Virus record (IMG/VR): IMGVR_UViG_3300046318_000374
Coordinates: 293-64,292 of that record
Source of the DNA: a virus
Taxonomy: Duplodnaviria > Caudoviricetes
Length of the DNA stretch: 64,000 bases
Direction: 5' to 3' (one strand)
Positions 50,801 through 58,109 of the stretch are shown piece after piece. The notes beneath the pieces are model-generated. The model made no database searches. It saw only the letters and a program-made list of their open reading frames with translations, and was not told where the DNA came from. Numbering within the stretch: position 1 is the first letter of the stretch; each line of letters opens with the position of its first letter. Position numbers and translations under genes: made by a program.

Positions 50801-53800
50801 TTTGTAACTTTAATATTTTGTAAAGTGTTTGATTGGTATGTTGGTATTGAACCTGTTCCATTTAGTACAATATTTACAATCGTACCAATAGAAGAACTAA
50901 TTGCATTAGCTTCCGTTTGAGATGCAGATGCCGCACTAACTAAATTTAATCCACTTACAACAATTAAATCTCCGTGTGATGAAGTTATAGCAGGTTTTGC
51001 AGAACTACCACTTTCTATAATTTTAGTAATTATATCAAATTTAGTATCAATTGATGATGTTAAATTAGCAGATGATGTTACTGATGTTATTTGAGTACCA
51101 TTGGTAATATTTAATGGATTTCTAGTATTCCAATCTTGCCCATTTTGTTGTGCTACAATTGAATTTAATACACCGGTTCCTCTTTTAATAATTTTTTCAA
51201 CAATATTGAATGAACTACTAATTGAACTAATTTCTGCTGCAGTACCTGAAATAGATGATGTTACATTTGTTAATGCAGTTACTTTAATATTTTTTTCATC
51301 ATTACCAATAATACGTGGAGTATCTAACAATATGTTTTGTACTACATAATCACCAATAATTTTTGTATATTGTATTGCACCAGATGTTTCTTTCTTTTGT
51401 GTAGAAGTTGCAATTGATGGGTAATAATAATAATTTCTACCAGCAGTTACACTTCTTTCGTTTCCACCATACAATAAATCCGTTGCAATTGCATCTACAA
51501 TATATCCAACATCTCTTCTACATTTTGTAGTACTATATTTTAATTGAGGATATGCAACATTAATAAATTGAATTGTTTCATTTTGAATTAATTCTTTGTT
51601 TGCTCTCAATAAATCATAAGCTGCTTGTGTGGATGAAGAAGCAGTTACAAATGTTGTGTTTGTGATTAAATTACCAACAACACCTTTTGCATATCGAATA
51701 CCAGTTAAAGTTTGTTCTAACTGATTTGTAGATGATGGAACACCACCAACAACAGCTGCCGATGGGTATAGGTAATAAAATTGACCAGCAATTGTACTTC
51801 TTTCATTTCCACCATATTTCAAATCAGTTGAAACTGCATCTAAAATATGTCCAATATCTCTTTTACATTTAACCTCATCATAATAGAAACCATCACCACC
51901 ACTCCAAGAAGAAGAAATAAATGCAATAGTTTCATTTTGTACAAAACTTCTATTATCAATTATAGATTGCCAAACTGCATCTATTTCAGTTGATGGATAA
52001 TTAAAGGTTACATTTTTTACAACTTTTTCAGCCATTCCAGCTGCATATTTTACAGCAGTTAAAGTTGGTGTTAATTCAGTTGTAATTGCGTTTGATGGGT
52101 ATAAGTAATAGTACAAACCACTTCTAATAGATTCTTCATTACCACCATATAACAAGTCTTTTGCTACACCATCTATGATGTATCCAATATCTCTTTTACA
52201 AGTTGTTTGATTATATGAAAACGCACTCCACGATGATGATAAGAATGCAATGGTTTCCTCCTGAATAAATTCTTTATTATTTACCAATTGGTCATATGCG
52301 TTTATCACATCCACATTTTGACTTGGATTTGATGAACTATAAAAAGTGTCCGGATATGTAATTGTACTAGCAATTAATTCTCTAGGAGTATCGTTTGAGT
52401 TTACAATATGAAACTCACCAATCATATCCTCACTATTTTGAGCTACATAATATAATTTATTTGGTGCATCGTATGGAACTTCAAATGTTATATTACCAAC
52501 ACTATCTCCATTATTCACTACACCAAAATCATAATCATATGAATCAGTTATTCCGCTAATTGGTGATTTTCTAATGAAGAATGGATAGTTGTTTGGACCA
52601 GCTGCTTCGGATGCGGAAACATAGAACTTATACTCTTCACCTCTAAACAAAGTAATTGTAGGATTACCACTAACTCCATCAAATGAATAAGATGAACTAC
52701 CATTATTTGTTATAGTATATGCTCTTTTATGATTAGTAGGAATATCTTCAAACGCACTACCAGTACCATTTGCTAATATATTATATACAATACTAAAACT
52801 GGCACTTATTGCGCTTACAGTAGATAACGATGATGAAATACCGGTTGTAAATTGTGGTGTATCGGTTACTTTTATACTTGCACTATTATTTGATACAATT
52901 GTAGGTGCTACACTTAATCCATTTGTTACAATATTAATTATATTATCAAATGATGCACTTACACTACCAGTTGTAATATCACCAGCAGGATATGCAGATG
53001 GTTCTATTGTAATATCAGTTACTTTTATTGCATCTTCAGTATTTGATTTGAAAACATATGAACCAGTACCATTTGAGAATATACTTAATATAGTTCCAAA
53101 TGATTGACTGATATGTGTTAAATCACTTAATGATGCCGAATCAATTGATGATGTAATTTGAGTTGCACCTAAAATATTATATGGCGAATCAAACCCATAT
53201 CCTTTGTTTGAACTTTTAGCTAAAAGAGTTGGAAAATTACCAATTCCGTTTTCAACAATTGCACTAACTAAATTAAAATCTGCAACTACTTGCGCAGTTG
53301 TTTCGGTAGTTGGTGTTAAGGCAGATTCACTACCTGATAAGTATCGTTGTAATTCACTAGTTACTTTAATTCCTTCGGCAGTATTTAGAGTTGTAATTGT
53401 AGGTAATCCATCCTCTAATCCTTTATTAAGAACATCTACAACACAACTCCAACTTGCTCTTACTTTATCACGTGCATCAATATTACCACCCTGACTACTA
53501 CTAATAAAGCGAGAACCAGATGCATACATACCATATAAACCAAACGAAATATTTGAGTTGTTTAGTGTAGCATGTCCACCATTGTTTACTCTAATTGCAT
53601 AGTATGAGAAGTTATTAAAGAAAGATACCAACTGAATGAATCCTCTACCATTTACCAAACATCCCACACCATTAGGAGAAATTTGTGTATAAGCATCCAA
53701 TACCATAGATGCCAATGGTGAATCAGGATGAACCGCATCTCCGTTTACATACAATCCACCACCCCCCGGTGGAATCTCTTCGTAGAGTTCAGTAAATGAG

Positions 53801-54576
53801 TTCTCTTGGTTTGAAATTTGTGAGCAGTTCTGAACATATGGCGAGGTTGTAATAAACGCTCCTGGTTGAAAAGCTACACCAAAACCTTTTTCAGGATTTA
53901 TTTGGTCTGGATATAATCTCAATCCACCCATTGTAATTTCAGCGATATAACAACCACTATTTACCCAAAATAAATCCTCCCCTTTGTTCTTTGCATTAAT
54001 TTTTGTAATACGCAGACCAGACCCCCAAATTGTAGAGTTTTTTGGAAGTATTACAGGATTATCTTCATAGTATGTACCTGCTTGCACTCTAATTACATAA
54101 CCACTATAACTTGATTTAGGGTCTAACCCATATCTACCATCATATCCCGGTGTTGCTAATTGAGCTGCTCTTTTTACTGTTCTTAAAGGGTATTGAATTG
54201 AACGTCCATCGTTATTATCATCACCATCGGTAGAAGATACATAAAGGGTTGGGACGTTAGCACCAAAATCTTTTGAACGAATACCATCATATAATACCGT
54301 ATCGCTTGCTAACAATGCATTTGATGCAGTTGCAGATAATTGAGTTAATCTTGTAAGATTTAATTCACCATCAAATGTTAAAGAACCAGTAAGAAAAACG
54401 GAACCTGTAATTTCACCTCTATCAGTTAATTCATTACCTAAAAAGAAATCATTATCTACCTGTAAAGAACCACTCAATAAGGAACTTCCGGTAACAATTA
54501 AATCTCCACCAATTCGCAATGAGCCGGATATATCCTGTTGTTCTTCAATTTGTTTACGCGGTATTAATCTTGCCAT
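44866..54576 (-). CDS. giant structural protein (3236 aa): pectin-lyase-like beta-helix with 16 inserted phycobiliprotein/globin-like CxRD repeats
   Basis: LYVS..GDDNNDG.S...P.RTVKRA and SPYVQNC beta-helix N-terminus; 16 x N..FIQ.E.....CxRD.G.I.D....DL.YGGN; C-terminal GGRIYFTS...GDFRIG.GL.INQATG. Confidence 0.8.
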   Translation of the reverse strand: MARLIPRKQIEEQQDISGSLRIGGDLIVTGSSLLSGSLQVDNDFFLGNELTDRGEITGSVFLTGSLTFDGELNLTRLTQLSATASNALLASDTVLYDGIRSKDFGANVPTLYVSSTDGDDNNDGRSIQYPLRTVKRAAQLATPGYDGRYGLDPKSSYSGYVIRVQAGTYYEDNPVILPKNSTIWGSGLRITKINAKNKGEDLFWVNSGCYIAEITMGGLRLYPDQINPEKGFGVAFQPGAFITTSPYVQNCSQISNQENSFTELYEEIPPGGGGLYVNGDAVHPDSPLASMVLDAYTQISPNGVGCLVNGRGFIQLVSFFNNFSYYAIRVNNGGHATLNNSNISFGLYGMYASGSRFISSSQGGNIDARDKVRASWSCVVDVLNKGLEDGLPTITTLNTAEGIKVTSELQRYLSGSESALTPTTETTAQVVADFNLVSAIVENGIGNFPTLLAKSSNKGYGFDSPYNILGATQITSSIDSASLSDLTHISQSFGTILSIFSNGTGSYVFKSNTEDAIKVTDITIEPSAYPAGDITTGSVSASFDNIINIVTNGLSVAPTIVSNNSASIKVTDTPQFTTGISSSLSTVSAISASFSIVYNILANGTGSAFEDIPTNHKRAYTITNNGSSSYSFDGVSGNPTITLFRGEEYKFYVSASEAAGPNNYPFFIRKSPISGITDSYDYDFGVVNNGDSVGNITFEVPYDAPNKLYYVAQNSEDMIGEFHIVNSNDTPRELIASTITYPDTFYSSSNPSQNVDVINAYDQLVNNKEFIQEETIAFLSSSWSAFSYNQTTCKRDIGYIIDGVAKDLLYGGNEESIRSGLYYYLYPSNAITTELTPTLTAVKYAAGMAEKVVKNVTFNYPSTEIDAVWQSIIDNRSFVQNETIAFISSSWSGGDGFYYDEVKCKRDIGHILDAVSTDLKYGGNERSTIAGQFYYLYPSAAVVGGVPSSTNQLEQTLTGIRYAKGVVGNLITNTTFVTASSSTQAAYDLLRANKELIQNETIQFINVAYPQLKYSTTKCRRDVGYIVDAIATDLLYGGNERSVTAGRNYYYYPSIATSTQKKETSGAIQYTKIIGDYVVQNILLDTPRIIGNDEKNIKVTALTNVTSSISGTAAEISSISSSFNIVEKIIKRGTGVLNSIVAQQNGQDWNTRNPLNITNGTQITSVTSSANLTSSIDTKFDIITKIIESGSSAKPAITSSHGDLIVVSGLNLVSAASASQTEANAISSSIGTIVNIVLNGTGSIPTYQSNTLQNIKVTNLSQWTGSNATQTQATAVSSSVETIKNIIKNGLGVVPTITLNTLQNIKVSNTPQYVSASYSGSSTQASAISASISLVVDILSGNSGVTASLSLPTSSYTTAQTASVVYYAYNLLKQNIPFIQAETIAYLSSSWNGFEYNEASCSRDIGLIVSGAAEDLLFNSYSASLVSGKYYLEYPSAATGSQLNQTVDGIKYASKLAQKTLQNIVYTYPNEQVQNASLQLKNNREFIQSETITYLSSSWGNFDYDDVKCKRDIGHVIDAVRTDLVYGGNERAVAAGTFYYLYPSQATGSQLVQTIDGIDYAGRMTQKIVVGTTFVTASQNKTNASNLLSLNKDLIAREVVEYVSSSWYGVSYNQAKCERDVKYILDAVRTDLVYGGNERTSTAGLFYYLYPSAATVGGVPSVTQQLDPTITGIKYGSGLAQKIILGNTFVTASKEKLNVRNLVQANRAFIQAETIQYTNAFYPDLVYNQASCSRDVGFIVDSVATDIVYGGNERSVESGVYYYKFPSKATSVEQKGQTIDSIDYANSLVNKLVSNITLDTVNFGKNTDNNIKATNTAQYTSSISVGNTELTKISSSFALVTEIISNGISYLPEVVKNTESGIKVTNETPTTSSISGGSTYADLVTSSFSLVRDIIHFGVNGTPDSLARNFEYGFQLATPTLLHITSTTQITGSGTYNGSDLTKVSSSYATIIDIVNNGTGSIPNIIENTSSSLNISGGTLFQSISSGSEADIQKIGSGFEIVMDIIEGTYPTLVSNNQNGVKVTNTPQLISGSAGGRVQASLVSASFAIVANIIANGTGSTTFISSSATANTNTKMVSAYNLLLGNKQMIIDETIAFVSSSWSTFDYNEASCSRDLGFIIDGAAYDLLYGGNSGSYVNGKYYYDFPSEATGSQLDQTLTAIRYASGLAERVVRNTTLAHISASQSTSASYVSLIKNKPFIQNEVIAYVSSSWSTFDYNEASCSRDIAYIVDAVATDLLYGGNERSLTAGDYYFRFPSQATDSQLQPTLDGIRYGKGVAMNVAKNTTFVTPNANTQYSYDLLLSNKEFIQNETVAFVNAKYPQLYYNETSCRRDVGYIVDAVATDLLYGGNQRAAKAGEFYYLYPSLAIESDQIVETTTAIDYARRFSDNIIQSNVVSAPQFVSNTYNNIKVTNTPQISGSAGTQTEATAISASISIVTDIVTNGTGSLPATIPYTTPSTDPNVINAYNLLKANIPFIQAETIAYISSSWVTGSNSDTAFLYNEASCSRDVGLIVSGAAEDLYWNSNSASVHNGYYYYLYPSQATDSQLDETLDGIIYASQLAQKIVLGTTFVTASASASAVYNALKQNKPFIQAETIAFVSSSWSTLAYSESKCRRDVGLIVDAVATDILYGGNQRSVTAGEYYFKYPSQATGSQLDSTLNAIDFAGGVAANVITNKTFVTASQSVSASVELLRSNRGFIQNETMAWLDSAWSFFVYNKDKCKRDVGYIIDGVATDLLYGGNERTVLSGEFYYKYPSKATLLGDGDSVGQLKQTNEGIDYASRISQKIAQNIVFHTASLEVSSSFDLLRRNKDFIAAEVIAYVSSSWSTVYYNEASCSRDVRYITDAAATDLLYGGTERAVTAGTYYYLFPSKATVAGVPSEANQLDPTLTGVRYGGKLATKVITNPTFVSPSGSALGGRELLTRNRLFIQKETIAFLSSSWSTLQYNEVSCSRDVGFIIDAVKTDLVYGGNERSIEAGSYYYKIPSVAIKPSYTDNGTVGQKIQTVDGINFARGVAEKIVNQTQMVFPGTKRRAAYNRLIAAKDELKQRAIGYTNGAFPYLVYNEASCSRDTGLIVDAVATDLLYGGNERGIAAASSYYNGQYGSAIAVTRDQLLETLETNRYLRTRAEFVAAGAPLESFGSLIVATGIDYSYNGAGVTFKALPSNQGGSGTADPAYEITELGGGRIYFTSGNETGDFRIGTGLSINQATGTLVGRTFSKSLFSLVTPFSLALQI

Positions 54577-54959
54577 TATTCTATGTCTGCTATTTTTCCT
54601 TTAATTTCAAAATCGGTTGCCTTTACTTCGGCAGGTAATCTAGTTATATCTGCCGTAAATGTAATTATTATATCATTATCAGTTACTATTGCATCGTATC
54701 TGTCCTGTGGCTGTTTAACTCCATATAAATAGACATCAACATAATCTTTTACATTATCTACCTCCAAAATATCAAAAATAAATCTTTTATTTCTTAAATA
54801 TAAAGTAAAATAAACCCCATCTGTCAATTGAATTGAGTTTGGAGTGTATTGATATATGAAAGTATCAGTATTAACTTGTAATACAAAATCTTTGAATCCC
54901 ATCCTATCTCTTTTCTTTAGAGTGGAAGCTATGTTAATATTTGGTAATGGTCTACTCAT
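54576..54959 (-). CDS. small structural protein (beta-sandwich shared with gp15 C-terminal extension)
   Basis: VDVYLYG...Y...DIIITF...FEIKGK. Confidence 0.6.
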   Translation of the reverse strand: MSRPLPNINIASTLKKRDRMGFKDFVLQVNTDTFIYQYTPNSIQLTDGVYFTLYLRNKRFIFDILEVDNVKDYVDVYLYGVKQPQDRYDAIVTDNDIIITFTADITRLPAEVKATDFEIKGKIADIE

Positions 54960-55312
54960 GATATATACTCAACATCTCCGTTTATTTTTACTTCATCACT
55001 TTCTTCGATTTGATATTCGTTACCAAATCTATCTAATGGTGGAAAGTTTGCTCTTTTGAACTTTATATAAAAATTATTATCTATCATTTCAAACACATAA
55101 TCAACATCTCTTTGCAATAAACCATTTATATAAACATCAAATCTAGCCGATGGTTTTCTATATTCTTCTAATTTTGAATATAGTGTTTTAAGTCTAACAT
55201 TCTTTGCTTCAAAAATCCAATAATAAGGATGCATTAAATCAAACGGAAACATTTCTATTTCGTTTGGTGCATTTACCTCTTTCATTATATTTTTAAGTTG
55301 TCTTATGTTCAT
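54956..55312 (-). CDS. small structural protein (paralog of 54576-54959)
   Basis: FDVYING...Y...NFYIKF...DEVKINGD. Confidence 0.6.
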   Translation of the reverse strand: MNIRQLKNIMKEVNAPNEIEMFPFDLMHPYYWIFEAKNVRLKTLYSKLEEYRKPSARFDVYINGLLQRDVDYVFEMIDNNFYIKFKRANFPPLDRFGNEYQIEESDEVKINGDVEYIS

Positions 55313-56373
55313 ATCTCTTGAAATTTACCAGTTATTGAAATTTCATCTTCCGTATCTAATTGGTATGGTAAATTTTCAAATGTAAATATAATTTCATTCA
55401 AAGTACCATTGTAAGAATATGTGTAAAGTGATGGGGAAATAAATTCACCATTTATATAAATTCTAAACCAGTTTACAATATCAAATACACCAACTAATTC
55501 GGATGGTAATATTGGTTTTTTAACATTGGTTAATTTGGCAGTATTTCCATTTACAAACTCTGCCATTTGAGAACCTCTAACTGCTACGAAATCAATTACT
55601 TGCGCGTATTCGTTATATAGTGATGGTTGATTTCCTAATATACCACCAGTTAAATCGGTTTCAATTCCAAATACTACTTTTTTAGCAGTAAATGATTTTT
55701 TAGTTGTTGCTTTATTACCATATTGTTCAGGCAATAAGTACGCATTAACAGCCATAGTAAATGTAGTGCGGATAATTCTTTCAGTACCATCACCAACTTC
55801 CTGCTGATTTTCAAATGATTCAATACGAGTTCTAAACTTAAACCCACTTTCACTTCCCCAATATCTATCAGTTGCATATTGAAATGCTTCAACAATTTTA
55901 TTCATATGTTCCGTAAATGATGTCCAAATCATTACTTCATATGTTACTGTCACATAAGCAGGTACTGCCACATCATATTGTTGATATACCGGCTTTGCAC
56001 CATTTTGTAAACTAAATCTTTCGTATCTATTTTTTTGAGAATACTTTTGAATAGATGGCATTGATAACTGCTCTCTAAAGTGTTGCATTGTAGCATCTCT
56101 TTCGATTGAGTTTCTCTTAAACATTATGATTGGTATTTGTATTCTACCTCTCTGGTCTCTTAAATACCCATCCTTTCTTGCGTTATTCCATCTTTCCGAA
56201 TTTCCGTATATAAGTGGAACTTTAAGACTATTTCCCTGCTCTTCTAATTCAGGTATGATAGTATTAGTCATATATTCGGCAATAGTGGTATCGATATCAA
56301 TTAAGTTTACACTTCTTTGAGCTTCTTTTTCTATTGGAATTTGTTTACCTCTATTTGTTTCTCTTATATTCAT
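55309..56373 (-). CDS. tail terminator / sheath stabilizer (T4 gp15-like) with C-terminal extension
   Basis: KVPLIYGNSERW, IQIPII...R..IERD, P.YVTVTYE..IWT...HMNKIVE, RTTFTM...AYLLP; follows the gp13- and gp14-like genes. Confidence 0.75.
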   Translation of the reverse strand: MNIRETNRGKQIPIEKEAQRSVNLIDIDTTIAEYMTNTIIPELEEQGNSLKVPLIYGNSERWNNARKDGYLRDQRGRIQIPIIMFKRNSIERDATMQHFREQLSMPSIQKYSQKNRYERFSLQNGAKPVYQQYDVAVPAYVTVTYEVMIWTSFTEHMNKIVEAFQYATDRYWGSESGFKFRTRIESFENQQEVGDGTERIIRTTFTMAVNAYLLPEQYGNKATTKKSFTAKKVVFGIETDLTGGILGNQPSLYNEYAQVIDFVAVRGSQMAEFVNGNTAKLTNVKKPILPSELVGVFDIVNWFRIYINGEFISPSLYTYSYNGTLNEIIFTFENLPYQLDTEDEISITGKFQEI

Positions 56374-56834
56374 TATACTACTCTATCTTCAGTTTGAATT
56401 GTAGTTCTTCTACTCATAAATGCAGAACAAATAATTGAGAAGTGTTCCTGCTCACCAGTTCTACCACCTATTAATTGGTCTTCTCTTACATTATCAATTT
56501 CAAAGTAGGCATTATTGTGAAAAATAAAATCACCAATTTCTGGGTAAATGTCTTTATCTTTTAATGTAAAACGATTAAAACGGAAATCAACTGTTTGAGT
56601 TATATCTGAACCAAATCCTTCATAAGTTGCAGTTGTATCCTGTCTTTCAATCATAGCATTACATTCAACGCCCTGATAATACGTTTTCGAAAGTGATTCT
56701 CCATAAAGATTTGTTTTTGAACTTTCTATGACAAGTTTATATAGTACAACAGCCGTTGTTACAACTGCATCTACCAATTCTCTTGATATTCCCTCGAAAA
56801 AATTTATATCACGTTGAAGTGTAAAGCGAGCCAT
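56373..56834 (-). CDS. neck / head closure protein (T4 gp14-like)
   Basis: NLYGES..K.Y, YPEIGDFI...YFEIDNV; gene order. Confidence 0.75.
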   Translation of the reverse strand: MARFTLQRDINFFEGISRELVDAVVTTAVVLYKLVIESSKTNLYGESLSKTYYQGVECNAMIERQDTTATYEGFGSDITQTVDFRFNRFTLKDKDIYPEIGDFIFHNNAYFEIDNVREDQLIGGRTGEQEHFSIICSAFMSRRTTIQTEDRVV

Positions 56835-56837
56835 ATT

Positions 56838-57995
56838 TTATCCTATATAAATTGCTAACGGGACCTTTCTTAACATCTCTTGATGCTGATTTGCCTCATT
56901 ATTTCTATTTTCAAATTGAACTTTTCTGCTCAACTCTTCCAAATTTTCTCTTAATTGAGTCATTAAGGCTTCTTTTTCCGTTTGGGCTTCTGCTCTTAAT
57001 GCAGCACCATCCAATGATACCTCACTACCGGGAATTGGTATTGTAGAATACTTTTCTCTAATTGCTCCCAATAATTCTTTAACCAATGCAAGAGTGTATT
57101 TTCTAATCCATTGTTTTCCCACATCATTTATGTTAGAATATGGTAAAAAATCATATCCAACATTTGAATAATCGGCAACAACATCGGATTGAACTCCAAC
57201 TGAATTTTCTATGAAATCTTTTCTTACATAATAATCCAACCACAACTCTTTTAGTGTTGATGCAGCCGGAATTGGGAAAATTGTCAGTTTATTATCTACA
57301 ATATTGAATGTATGTGCAGATTTTCTTATCTGGTCATTAAATTCAATTTGTTGGATACGAAGTAAATCTTCAAATATTGGCATTAATACGAATTGTGCAG
57401 CCGGAGAGAACGAACCAAATCCAAATTCATCAATTAAGTTCAATGTACCTTGTCCAGAAACAGAATATGGGTCAAAAAATCTATTAATTGCCGGTGTTGG
57501 TTCAAAATATACCTTTGCTACATCAATTGCTTCACCATTTTCTAACTGATTTGATATTATTTCTTTCAAATCATATTCTTGCTTACTAGCAGTAAGCATT
57601 ATTTTTACTTTTTTGTATTCAGTATTACCACCTGCACCAACTAATGTACCATAAGCACTTGAAATTGCAACTAATTGACCTAAATTAGTACCATTTACTA
57701 ATTTTTGAGAATAGTTAGTTCCAGCTGCCTTACCCTTTAAGGTCTCCAGATTGTTTCGGATATTAAATTGATTAACTTGTGCCCCATATTCAGATGTTGC
57801 CTCTTCAAAACATGCGTAGAAGTTTTCATCTACCAATTCCACATTTTGGATTGGATAACCTAATCTTCTAGCACACCATAAAGCAACTTTAGGTGCATCC
57901 ATTTGAAATTGTGTATCACTATCATAAATTCCAAAGGGAGTTTGACTTCCAGAATCAAATGATGATGAACCGGGATATATTAATTCTTGTGCCAT
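56838..57995 (-). CDS. neck protein (T4 gp13-like adaptor)
   Basis: RRLGYPIQNVEL, QWIRKYTLALVKELLG.IREKY..IPIPG.EVSLDG..L..EA..EKE.L. Confidence 0.85.
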   Translation of the reverse strand: MAQELIYPGSSSFDSGSQTPFGIYDSDTQFQMDAPKVALWCARRLGYPIQNVELVDENFYACFEEATSEYGAQVNQFNIRNNLETLKGKAAGTNYSQKLVNGTNLGQLVAISSAYGTLVGAGGNTEYKKVKIMLTASKQEYDLKEIISNQLENGEAIDVAKVYFEPTPAINRFFDPYSVSGQGTLNLIDEFGFGSFSPAAQFVLMPIFEDLLRIQQIEFNDQIRKSAHTFNIVDNKLTIFPIPAASTLKELWLDYYVRKDFIENSVGVQSDVVADYSNVGYDFLPYSNINDVGKQWIRKYTLALVKELLGAIREKYSTIPIPGSEVSLDGAALRAEAQTEKEALMTQLRENLEELSRKVQFENRNNEANQHQEMLRKVPLAIYIG

Positions 57996-58022
57996 TTATA
58001 TGTGTTCGTAATTGATGTTACA

Positions 58023-58030
58023 TATAAATA
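58023..58030 (-). promoter_or_regulatory. putative late promoter TATTTATA
   Basis: About 28 nt upstream of ATG 57995. Confidence 0.65.
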
Positions 58031-58055
58031 TAAAAAAATTGGAAAGGGGTAAAAT

Positions 58056-58082
58056 AAAAAGGGAGAACGTTTCCATTCTCCC
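58056..58082 (-). terminator. rho-independent terminator
   Basis: GGGAGAA...TTCTCCC stem plus U-run. Confidence 0.75.
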
Positions 58083-58109
58083 AAATCAGTTGTGAAGGCT
58101 GATTATATC

